From: Antedon mediterranea
Lineage: Eukaryota > Animalia > Echinodermata
NCBI RefSeq assembly: GCF_964355755.1
Contig: NC_092673.1
Coordinates: forward strand, 26,657,648-26,721,647
Length of the DNA stretch: 64,000 bases
Direction: 5' to 3'
This document shows, piece after piece, positions 54,234 to 64,000 of the stretch. The translations under genes were made by a program, and so were the position numbers. Under the pieces are notes generated by a model. The model searched no databases. It saw nothing but the letters and a program-made list of their open reading frames with translations, and had not been told where the DNA came from. Each line of letters opens with the position of its first letter. Position 1 is the first letter of the stretch.

Positions 54234-55607
54234 GTTGATGGAAGTGATGATAATTACAGTGAGTGGTTAGTGCATTTTATTTTCTTTTTTTGGTTGGGAT
54301 TTTTATTAAGATTTGTAGTTTCTATTCATTTTTGAAGAAATTGTAGATATTTCCACTTTCAAAGCAACAATCAGCACTGTAATTTCATATTTTTTACTAT
54401 AATTTATATGAAATGAGATCAGACTACAATTTTTACTCACAATCATTATTTTATGTCATTAACACTTTGGAAACAATAAAATATCAATTTATAAAAATTA
54501 CATAAATGTTGTAAAGATACATAAAAAATGAAATAAATCATTTACTGTGAAATAAAATAACTTTTTGAAAATAGAAACATCAAATATGCTTATCACAAAT
54601 GCATTTGTAGTTAAAATATAGAACAAATATATTACATTTATATTTTACAAACTTTTTGTCTCCTGTTTTTTTAATGTATTTTGCTATGCAGCTGTTTTTT
54701 GGCTGATTGTATATAATGGCTTATAGTAGTTTTAAAATGGATGCGAGTCCAAAATAAAAACTAAATTGATTTAGGACAATCTTATGTGGGTAAAAAAAAG
54801 TTTAACCAGAAACAACAAATTTAGCAAACTAAAGAGAAGATTTTTCTTTATTGCAATAAGAGGCAAACATTTTTTTTCAATTTTAATTCTGAAATGTAAT
54901 AATATCAAGTATTACAAATACAATTCAAACCTGCACACACAAGTATATTTAATAAAATATTAAATCTATTATTATATTAAATCTAATTTGATTGAAAATT
55001 AACAAATTATAAACAACTATACTATTAAATATATTATATATTCCTAATATCAACTAGTCAATGTAAATATCTAATTTATCAGTATCTTTATATATTTTTA
55101 ATATTGAGTAAATTTAATAATATATTAAATTTATTATATTAAATATAATTCATATTCAAATTATAAAAAACTATTAAAAATATTATATCTTCTTAAAATT
55201 GTGAACCAATCAACATAAACATCTTATTTATCACTATATCTTGAAAATATTATAATATTATTATCTATTATATATTAATATTTTAATTAATATTTGATTG
55301 AAAATAAAATAACATTTCTAAATATATTATATATTACTACTACTGTATTATTTTACTTCTAATTACAACTAATACTATTCCTGAAAAATGAATAATATTT
55401 CATTTATTGAAATGAACTTAAACTCTCAACAACAAAATTGTTAACAATGCTGATTAATAAATACAGTTAATTAAGTATATTAATTTCAATTTGATGGCAG
55501 TGAAGTTAATTGTGAATTTTTATTATAAGGTGATAATATTACATAATGTGCAGGTTATTCAGCATATTACTCTATCACCAAACAAACTGCCATAACATCA
55601 CTAGGTA

Positions 55608-55650
55608 CCACCACCACCACCACCACCACCACCACCACCACCACCACCAC
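55608..55650. repeat. (CAC)n microsatellite
   Basis: Direct reading. Confidence 0.95.
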
Positions 55651-55749
55651 ACACTCACAGCGGAATCTCATCAACGTGCCACCCTATCAGCACACCACAC
55701 CACCCCAACACACAGCATCATTTGCACTTACAAACATTTTTTATCTGGC

Positions 55750-55755
55750 TTTATT
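55750..55755 (-). terminator. Putative polyadenylation signal AATAAA of GPCPD1
   Basis: tttatt on the + strand, about 45 nt after the predicted stop codon. Confidence 0.45.
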
Positions 55756-55799
55756 AAATCTTAAAAATGTAACCTGTGACCAATGTATACAGTCAGTCA

Positions 55800-55827
55800 T
55801 CAAGTCAACTGTGGAAGAGTTGTTACA
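55800..55827 (-). CDS. GPCPD1: GPCPD1 terminal coding exon (DVTTLPQLT*)
   Basis: Strong acceptor tgtttctttacag, correct phase, TGA at 55802-55800, AATAAA about 45 nt downstream. Confidence 0.65.
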
Positions 55828-58800
55828 CTGTAAAGAAACAACAATAAAACATAATTATTACATTATAAGTACTTCTTTGACACAAAACAAATATGGTAGT
55901 GATATGACATCATCATGTCCATATATGGGCACATCACATTTTTTTTACATAAAGTTTGATATAGTGTAGACAGAGCTTTAATATATCTTAGTGTTATAGC
56001 TCTAAAAAAAATCAATCAACTTATATCCCTTATATAATAATGGTACAACCCGCTATTAAAAAATATCTTAGTTTTCTAGATTTATAAAAACCATCAACTT
56101 TAATATAGCCCTCATATAATAATGGTACAACCCACTAGACACCTCTGATCTTAACTTACTCATCTGTGAGGATGCCTTCAACCCCTTTGCTCATCATATC
56201 TTGAACAATGACAGGGTTTTTGTTGTCTTCTCCCCATAGAAAGAGGTGAATATTAGATTTACTCAACAATGGTATAACAGAATCATCATTTCTGTAGTCA
56301 TCCACATGTCCAACCATACCCTATGAACAAAATATTTAAATTAGATAATTTGCATGTCACAAAAAATGTATAAGAGAAATACACAATAATTTACATGTTT
56401 AAATGTTTTTAAACTTACAGCAAGTTGTTCTCCCTTGATCCAATACATTGCTGACTGCACGGTAGTTATACGAGGGTCTGAGTACGCAATATACTTTTCT
56501 GTTGGACCACAGTGTATCAACATGACAGGGAAGCGGTTCTGTTTCAGACGCAACCTAAAGTTTATAACAATACGTTTTTTAATAATAATTTCATTCTTAA
56601 TAGACATTTCAGTAAATTAATGTTTGTGTGCTATTTTTCAATTGTGTTGATAGTGATATGGAAAATATTTCTGAAATAAAAAATAAAAAAAAAACAAAAT
56701 AAAGTTAATTGATATTGTACTGTACTCACAGAGCGCAGACGTCAGTATCAAAACTGGATATGACAATCTTTCGGTTCTGAGCATGCTCAATGAGTACTTG
56801 TAATGTATTGTCAACAAGGTCAGACATGTCAGTCGCATAATCTGGACATTCACTTATTCCATTCTGTACAAATTGTAATAACAAAATAATGAGTAAATAA
56901 AAAGGCTATTTGAATAGGACTCCATAATGTTATACATTACAGTATGCAAAAAAAGAAAAGGGGTGCAGAGAGTCTACTTAAGTAACTTAATTAGTAAGAA
57001 CAAAGAACTTATAACACAAGAATCTCCTGTTCGTCTAAAGCTATACCCAGTTTGACCTTTTAACCCTGTATTTCCGATACTGTGTTTTGAATGCAAATTG
57101 AAGAACAGGAGATTCTTGTGTTATAAGTTCTTTGGTAAGAATATTTAATAGTTATGTGTGTGTGTGTGTGTGTCTGTCAAGCCAGTAAAGACAAGTTCAA
57201 AGGCCCAGTAGGAAAAGTGATGACATGCTATCTAACAAAAACAGATTTTTGCCCCTTTTGTAGAAAGAAGTTCCTTTTTTTGAAAAAAAAGTAAGAATCC
57301 TGGCGATGTGCTTGTGTGTGGTTGGGGTCTTTTTTTGGGTGGGGGTGGGGGTGAGGATCTCTTACCACTTGTTCCATTGGATATTTGATCTCAACATTAA
57401 ATGCAAGGTGAATTGGCGTCTCATTCAGAACTTTGGCGAGTGGTGGAAACAATCTATCGTCATTTTTCAAATCTGTAGACAAGATTATTATCATCACTAT
57501 TACAAAACTCCCAAAAAATATGGAATTATATTCACTCAAATTAACCAAATTTATTAATTAATATTGTAGAAATATTACCTGCGTTTACTGGTGTATGTGT
57601 TGTCTGAAATTTAAAAAAAATACATTGGTTACACAACAGAACTGTATGACCAATCAAATAAGATGGATGAATAGGTAAATGTGGAGGAATAACCTGTGAC
57701 CTGCAGCGTACTGGGCTGGAGTGCGCACAACACATACCACAACTTCTACTCCCCTAGGGTCCCTTCGTGTCGAATGCTGCCACCAAATGGCACCCGGTCG
57801 CCTATTAACCACGACAGGGGCTGATTGGACGAATACACAGGGGTAATCCCTACTCTTTCGAAATGTGCACTGGGTTTTTTAAAGTGCACACGAGCCAGAT
57901 GTGTAAACTAGACCTCCAGTTTTAAGTCCTTATCTGAGAAGACTTGTTCTACCACCAGAACAATGGTGGTGTCTTAAACCTGTGACAATTGTATTACAAT
58001 GGTTTGCGGCATGCCTGCCTTAACCGCTCAGCCACTCGACTCAACATAAAGTATGGATAGATGAATATGGTTCCCACTTTTGAGAGTATTGTATTCAACT
58101 ACATTTCCTCCTAGTTCTCCTAGTACGTACCTGTACTTGTTGCAGTTGGTCACATGTTAAATCTGACAATAGTATCTTATGTTCAAAGTGTTTATCTGGG
58201 TCATCAGCCTACAAAACATAGAAGCGTAAACAAAAAAAAGCTAAACTACATACATACTTTCTATCTCATAATTTGTGAAACTTATTTATGTATGTATACA
58301 ATAAAATTATTAATATTAAAAAGCGTTTGTAAGCACAAACAAATATCTGTTTCAAGACAGTGTATACATTGAGGCACGAAAACAAAATAAGCCTCTTGGC
58401 CATAACAAAATTGTTTACAAAGATATCATACCTTCTGTAAACGTACAGGCACATCATAATCATGGTACACTATCGGTATGCGATCTTTGCAGATGTGGAC
58501 GTCAAATTCTACCATATGAGCACCCTACAAAAATAATTAGGAAGTGCCACTATAGTAGAATCTATCCCTTATGGCACTCTATTCAGAAGACACTACTATT
58601 AAGGGGACAGTATCCTGTTTGGTCTTTCCGTGCTATTTATATGTTTGTTCTGCATTTTGCAGAAATGTTAATTTTTTTAAATGGGAGTGGGGAGAATAGG
58701 GAGCACCCCTAGGGGGACACTCTGTTGGGTCTCAGGGATGTCCTTTCTTATTCTACTGTATTAATACTGGCTGTAGATGCAAATATTAAATATTTTATAT

Positions 58801-61800
58801 TAAACAAAGACTTTTGAAAATTCACAAAATATGTCTGAAAAATACTATTTTACCTATTATCACCTAATAGTAATAATAATAATTACATAATAAAAACTAA
58901 TTCCCCCTTTCTATAAAGCTCTGTCTACACTATCTACTAGTTTGACAAAAAAGAGTGATGGTAGTAATATGCCATATAGTAATGATGTGACATCATCATG
59001 TCCAAATATGGGCACTTCATATTTAGATAAAGTTTGATAGTGTAGACAGAGATTAATTAAGTCTTATTATCCTTAGGTAGTGACGCAAAATAGCCACACT
59101 AACATCCTGTTTTGCCCTGATTTAATCCACTTTATAACAGGCTTAGACAGTTAGCACTGAAATTGCCATAATACAAATTGTCAATAGTTATTCCCAGTGG
59201 ATTAGGTTCTACTTACAGCTTCTGTAGCACCTTTAAATGCACCTATTGTGTTTTCTATATACTTTTCTGCAGATTTTGCTATACCAATTCTGTTTAAAAT
59301 AAGGATAATTTGGGTATAATTTAATTTTAAATACCTTTTTGTCTCTTGAAAAAAATCATGATAAAAAAAATTAGAATTAATATTAAATTAATATTACTTA
59401 ATTACATCTATCAATTTTTTTTATAGAATTTGATATAGCAATATTTAAAAATCTCTATTTTTGTAACCATTTTGTATGAGTCAAAACTCACTCAAAACTG
59501 TTCCTCCGTTTTAAAGGAGAGTAACCAATAAATATTATTATATCATTATTATTACAGAGGTATCAAATTTCATTCAAATTCAAAAAGTGAGGATCAACTA
59601 TATAAAAAGTCATGGAGCATTTGTTCTGGCTATTTAATGCTTAAACATTGTATATAATAGGCATTGTGTTTGGTCCATGAAGGTGTCCCCTTAATAGAGG
59701 TTCTACTGTTGCTATAAATAAACTCACTCCACTAATAATCCGGTATCTTTGAATGACCTGCCCATGCCTCGATGTCCAATACTTAGACAGCCTGTACTAG
59801 ACCACTGATAAGGCTTTTCAAATGTACACAAAGAACTACAGTTGGGTAGCGGCTTTATTACAACATATTGCACTGTAGAAAAAAAGATAAGAACATTATT
59901 ATTATTAAATAAATAATTCAAATTTTTGATTGCAACAAAGTAAACATTGTTGAATTCACAATATTAAAATAACAATTAATAAATAACAAACAATACAAGT
60001 TAATTTTAAAAAAAATTAAAACATATAAAGTATTAATAAAATGTTATTAAAAAATTTAAACAAGCGCCGCGAATTATGTGTTTAAACTAAAAGCACAAAT
60101 AAAAATTATCTGTAGATTTAGCATTTTTTTAAATTACTTATTAATAATTAATTATAATTGACAGACAAACTCATTGTGAATACATACATTATGCATGAAA
60201 AGCCTTAACTTTGTGCACTGATGGAGATCCAAAACTTTGAAATCAATGGTATAGTAGATATTAGTATAATTAGTATTGTAGAACACTTATTCAAGCTTGG
60301 TTCCCACTAAAACGTAACGCAAGGACGTAAACGCAACGCAAGCGTTTTAACAAATGACAAGCGAAGTTATAGACAGTTAGCAATCAAAAGCGAATAAGCC
60401 ATCGCTTGTGATTGGTCAATTCACTTGCGTTGCGTTACGTCCTTGCGTTGCGTCGCTAGTGGGAACCACGCTTAAGGGGACACCTTCAGGACTATACAAA
60501 GTGTCCAGTTAATAGAGATGTCCTTTGAATGGGGGTTGGCGGTAGTGTATATATATTCCCCCACATTTGTTTCAAAGGAAAGTGTCCCCTTCAAAAAGGT
60601 GGGATTATACTGTACTATACATTCCTACCTCTTAGGATGCCTATTGCATCTCCATTTGAATTGGTTACAGGACATGGTACACAATCTCTAGTTTTTGTTA
60701 GATTTGTACCAAACACAGTTGCATGTCCACATATATGAACATGCTCATGATCCTCAGATGACAGCACTTCAATTTTGAACACCTAAAAAAAATTGAAAGA
60801 CATTAAATGTTTTCATCAAATAGTTACACGAGGCTTCATTTACCGACATAAATGTTGCTTAATTAAAATTTCATTTTTATTTTTAACATTGCCATGTTTA
60901 TGATACATATATTAGATAAGATATAAGATTACACAGCCATACTTGGTTGGTTATGTTATTCCTGAGAGTATATTGTGTCTGTGTTTATAATGCATGCCTA
61001 TCTTGCGTGTAGCAGTGTGTACAGTATTAAGGGTCCTTCTGGCATGGTTGTGGTCCGGCGGCGGCAAATCAAACGTTGATGTTTATCAATTTGTGCATAG
61101 CCGTGTGGAAAATCGTGAAAACGAAACATTGATGTTCGATTTGATTTGCCAACGCCGGATCAGAACCATGCCAGAACAGGTGTGAAAGAACCTTTAAGGT
61201 TGCTATTTAAATTGAAATACTAACTGTGTTTTTTACGTCCAATACTTGTGAGGAGAACACCACAAACTCGTTATTTCTGTAAATTTTGCCAGATTTTGAT
61301 TGAGTTTTTGCAAAATACTCATCTTCATTGAACGCCTGCAAAGACAATGTTCATTGTAGATACTTCATTAAAACATTAATGTTATTAATTATTAACTTAA
61401 AGTGGAATTTGTCTCTTAAACCACCAGAATCTTCACATGACATACATTACTTTTTCCAGTTTCATAGGAAAATTCTGTGTAATACAGCATCTCCTCTGTT
61501 TATCATGTTGTGATGTCTGTATCATGGTAGGTTAGTTAGTTAGGTTATTTTTAGTTTACATCAGTAAATAGTGCTTTATAAAATTTTATTATATACCCAA
61601 CACATTTACATATTCATTGACATTACCTTAACTTGAATTGGCAAGCTGTTATTAGTTGTTTGTCGAATATGATTTGCTGTTACACGAAAACCAACATTAG
61701 AAGGCTCCTTGATATTAGTAAACTCCAAAGGGTTGCTATGCAACATAAACCTTACTTCTGATTGGTCAGTTAACCAGCCATCTCTCACACATTTTATTCC

Positions 61801-63444
61801 ATCTTGGAACAATTAGAAAAATAGATGGAGAATGCTAGATTATGTTTAATTACAAGTAGTTTATTTTATTATATTTTTAAAAGTTTATACATTTTATTTT
61901 GTACATGTGTGCCTTCTGATATTATTAATAAATAAGCACAAGGTTAATTATAATATAAAATATCATTTATAAAAATTAAACTGTTGTATTGATTTTTAAA
62001 ATAAAGGTATCTACATATAAGTGTAATGTATTTTAATTCATTAGAACAATTAAAATCATATCAAAAAATAAGTACTTACCTTTGACCCCAAAACAACCAT
62101 CATTTGAAACCACACTTGGACCTAAATGGTATAGAAATATCGTCAACAGTGAATGAGAATTAATATGAATGAATTAGAAATACCACATGAATTACCACAC
62201 ATATACAATACATTTCAATGATAACAAACTGGCTAAAGTTAGAATGTGCAATGAGTTATTTTAAACATCACACATCATCACCAGAAGAGTTAAATGAAAA
62301 CAATAATCTCTTTTCACTCAATCAAAAAAGTTTGTGTACATTATCAGGGAAATTAATTGCATGGTTTAGTAAAACCTATTACAAGGTATACCTTTATTGT
62401 CAAAATCTTATATTATAATTTTGAGATATTTGTATTATTTTCATGATTCTACTAAGATACAAAGTGATAAATATTTAAATATATTATAATACAAGTTACT
62501 ATATTTTAAAGTTTTGATTAAATACATTGCATGCCATGTACAGTGTTGAAAATCTGAAACGGTTTGTGGAAAAAATGTTCTGTCTCAGTCTAGCCCTTCT
62601 TGATCTGATAATAGTCTTGATTAATTGAGTTAATTTTCTTAAGTTTAAAACATATTATCTAGAGATTTCACTTCAACACTGATAATTCTGCCAGCCTTTT
62701 ACAATGAATTTGACTTTTGTTGTTAACATTGATATGAGAGAACCAAATAATTATACATAATATAATATAAAAAAGGATTGATTGGACAACAAATCATTGT
62801 TTGGACAAAAATGTTATGAGAATAAAATATCCATAAGTTGTATACTATACACACTGTACATTACCTGACAACAATATGTTCCTGGGTTGCTTATGCGTTT
62901 CCCATTTGTGAATGATTGTGTTGACTTGCCCATCAGCTCCTGTTAGAAAACTGCACACGGCATACCGGTACTCTATTGCAGATCCAATAGCAACACAGTT
63001 TATATCTATTTCCAACTTCCATCTGTCAAATTAATCATTAATATTACATCATTTATTTTTCATTATAATAAAAATATTTTTTCTAAAGCTCTGTCTACAA
63101 ACTTTACGTAACAAAAAAATGTGATATGCACATATATTGACATGATGATGACATGTCCAAAGAAATGAAAAGATTTAAACAAAAAATAAGTAAATGAGTT
63201 ATAATAATCATGAACACTCAGAGCACACCATACAAAACTGCAGGTGTTTAGACTTCAGAGTTTTGCTATGTTTGTGGAAGGGATTGTAGTACGACTACTG
63301 TTATATATACTTTGTGTCTTTTGATTTTTGCAGTGGTTTCACCCCGTTGCATAGCCAGTTGCCAAGTTCTTTACAGTTACCAGTCAACACCACAACTTGA
63401 CCTAGGTCAACATCAGCTTCAATATTAAAGACAAGCTTAACCAT
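55800..63444 (-). CDS. GPCPD1: Glycerophosphocholine phosphodiesterase GPCPD1/GDE5-like gene, 16 coding exons, 584 aa (N-terminal CBM20 + C-terminal GDPD domain)
   Basis: Manual exon assembly with GT-AG borders and consistent phases: 63444-63311, 63022-62865, 62121-62080, 61802-61627, 61335-61225, 60782-60629, 59872-59728, 59289-59217, 58524-58432, 58208-58131, 57603-57579, 57472-57366, 56863-56730, 56554-56419, 56320-56160, 55827-55800. Total 1755 nt = 584 codons + TGA. GPCPD1-like motifs occur in the expected order: TGNCKELGNW, EYRY, HKWETH.QPR, GWLT.Q.EVR, IGHRGMG, ENT, VEFDVH, VYHD, FNVEIKY, ISSFD, LKQNRFPV, FLWGEDN, GVEGILTD. Confidence 0.93.
56160..56320 (-). CDS. GPCPD1: GPCPD1 coding exon 15 (GMVGH...FLWGEDN...GVEGILTD)
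   Basis: ttcatag| ... GA|gtaagt; last strands of the GDPD barrel. Confidence 0.92.
56419..56554 (-). CDS. GPCPD1: GPCPD1 coding exon 14 (LRLKQNRFPVMLI...GEQLA)
   Basis: ctttag| ... GCT|gtaagt; KQN(K/R)(Y/F)P motif. Confidence 0.93.
56730..56863 (-). CDS. GPCPD1: GPCPD1 coding exon 13 (NGISEC...RKIVISSFDTDVCA)
   Basis: ttgtacag| ... CT|gtgagt; SSFD motif. Confidence 0.93.
57001..57134. mobile_element. 134-bp MITE with perfect 32-bp TIRs and a 7-bp TSD (P-element-like)
   Basis: caaagaacttataacacaagaatctcctgttc (57001-57032) is inverted at 57103-57134; gtaagaa is duplicated at 56994-57000 and 57135-57141. Confidence 0.8.
57366..57472 (-). CDS. GPCPD1: GPCPD1 coding exon 12 (LKNDDRLFPPLAKVL...FNVEIKYPMEQV)
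   Basis: gtctacag| ... GTG|gtaaga; FNVEIK motif. Confidence 0.92.
57579..57603 (-). CDS. GPCPD1: GPCPD1 coding exon 11, 25-nt microexon (TTHTPVNA)
   Basis: aatttcag| ... G|gtaata; needed to bridge phase 0 to phase 1. Confidence 0.75.
57690..58042 (-). mobile_element. Related SINE subfamily copy in a GPCPD1 intron
   Basis: Minus-strand A box tggctgagcgg, the same core, and a diverged 3' part. Confidence 0.8.
58131..58208 (-). CDS. GPCPD1: GPCPD1 coding exon 10 (ADDPD...SDLTCDQLQQVQ)
   Basis: ttttgtag| ... CAG|gtacgt; LT-x-x-QL motif. Confidence 0.88.
58432..58524 (-). CDS. GPCPD1: GPCPD1 coding exon 9 (GAHMVEFDVHICKDRIPIVYHDYDVPVRLQK)
   Basis: ttttgtag| ... AAG|gtatga; metal-binding E-x-D and catalytic HD. 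Confidence 0.95.
58914..59051. mobile_element. MITE family A copy in a GPCPD1 intron
   Basis: Both TIRs present. Confidence 0.85.
59217..59289 (-). CDS. GPCPD1: GPCPD1 coding exon 8 (IGIAKSAEKYIENTIGAFKGATEA)
   Basis: ttttaaacag| ... GCT|gtaagt; ENT motif. Confidence 0.88.
59728..59872 (-). CDS. GPCPD1: GPCPD1 coding exon 7 (QYVVIKP...IGHRGMG; catalytic HRG)
   Basis: ttctacag| ... GA|gtgagt; GDPD HRG motif. Confidence 0.93.
60293..60474. mobile_element. Palindromic PIF/Harbinger-like MITE
   Basis: aagcttggttcccacta...cgcaaggacgtaa.cgcaacgcaag / cttgcgttgcgttacgtccttgcg...tagtgggaaccacgctt. Confidence 0.85.
60629..60782 (-). CDS. GPCPD1: GPCPD1 coding exon 6 (VFKIEV...GDAIGILR)
   Basis: tttttag| ... 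G|gtagga; open frame, phases fit both neighbours. Confidence 0.87.
61008..61196. mobile_element. Palindromic MITE (related remnant at 17085-17143)
   Basis: ttctggcatggtt.tg.tccggcg..ggcaaatc is inverted at the right end; shares the terminus gaacaggtgtgaaaga.ccttta with the remnant. Confidence 0.75.
61225..61335 (-). CDS. GPCPD1: GPCPD1 coding exon 5 (AFNEDEYF...SQVLDVKNT)
   Basis: ctttgcag| ... ACA|gttagt. An alternative in-frame donor GAC|gtaaaa 12 nt earlier is possible. Confidence 0.8.
61627..61802 (-). CDS. GPCPD1: GPCPD1 coding exon 4 (GIKCVRDGWLTDQSEVRFML...IQVK)
   Basis: ttccaag| ... AAG|gtaatg; GWLT-Q-E-R motif; overlaps ORF 61606..61812. Confidence 0.9.
62080..62121 (-). CDS. GPCPD1: GPCPD1 coding exon 3 (PSVVSNDGCFGVK)
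   Basis: catttag| ... G|gtaagt; resembles the DDGQFG motif of GPCPD1. Confidence 0.88.
62865..63022 (-). CDS. GPCPD1: GPCPD1 coding exon 2 (WKLEID...EYRY...HKWETHKQPRNILLS)
   Basis: tttgacag| ... G|gtaatg; second half of CBM20. Confidence 0.92.
63311..63444 (-). CDS. GPCPD1: GPCPD1 coding exon 1 (MVKLVFNIEADVDLGQVVVLTGNCKELGNWLCNGVKPLQKSKDT; start of CBM20)
   Basis: Acceptor ttttctag with exon start at 63451, ATG at 63444, CBM20 G-x-x-x-x-LGNW motif. The donor AA|gtatat is weak but its phase 2 matches the next exon, and read-through hits TAA. Confidence 0.85.
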
Positions 63445-63625
63445 TTTATTTCTAGAAAAACGATTAAACAGAAAATGTGCTAATTAATTATAATGAGAAT
63501 ATTATAACTGCACACAGACAGATACTGTTCAACAAACATCAATAGGAAAACCTGATATGGCTGGCTAAATGTATTGTTTTAATGTCAATTTGATTGATTT
63601 CAAGTGAAAAAACTATAGGCTACCT

Positions 63626-64000
63626 CAGGCCCGTAGCCAGGGGGGTTTTTATGGTTCGGGCGAACCCCCCCTTTACAGTGAACCCCCTTTAACCGACTGC
63701 GAACCCCCATCCCCGACATGCCCAATACCTCACTTTCATCTCCGAAAATCGTCCAAATACGTGCCCCACAGTACAAAAAGTTGTTCGTAAATTAAAAAAT
63801 TCGTAAACTCGTTCGGAATAACTCATACAGTACCTTCTTCCCTGTATGAGCGTACTTCGAGCGATATAGTCTGTAAAGAGTTGCAAATGAATTGCCGATT
63901 TTAACCTGAAAAATAAATGTTTGGTCCCTGCATGTAACATGATATTGACGCGTCTCACAGCGAGCTGGGGGACGAACGATTCGTACAAAGGACACCGCCA
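63626..64000. mobile_element. Left end of a hAT-like element upstream of the first GPCPD1 coding exon
   Basis: Terminus caggcccgtagccaggggggg followed by repeated gaaccccc; CpG-rich; runs off the window. Confidence 0.55.

Noticed and set aside
55546-55764. Poly-His ORF
   Set aside because: A (CAC)n microsatellite antisense to the GPCPD1 3' region.

Overview
AT-rich animal genomic DNA with spliceosomal GT-AG introns. It is probably from a marine invertebrate, an inference from the SINE family and base composition. Two protein-coding genes lie head-to-tail on the minus strand. (1) A complete, manually assembled 16-coding-exon GPCPD1/GDE5-like glycerophosphodiester phosphodiesterase gene (CBM20 + GDPD domains; 63444->55800; 1755 nt, 584 aa), most of which the ORF track misses. 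(2) The first coding exon of a GABA-B receptor subunit 1-like class C GPCR (43682->43440), followed by an intron that appears to exceed 43 kb and runs off the left edge. The rest is intronic or intergenic. It holds many non-autonomous mobile elements: about 15 copies of one MITE family, a canonical Helitron, a dimeric Helentron-like element, piggyBac-, P-, hAT- and Tc1/pogo-like MITEs, tRNA-derived SINEs with a Deu/Nin-like core, and LINE tails. It also holds minisatellites and tandem duplications. The long 509-630 aa ORFs are artefacts of a 27-bp minisatellite. I found no prokaryotic systems, CRISPR arrays or rRNA, and no convincing new multi-gene system. The most interesting signals are transposon structures and candidate regulatory or splicing elements inside the long GABA-B intron.
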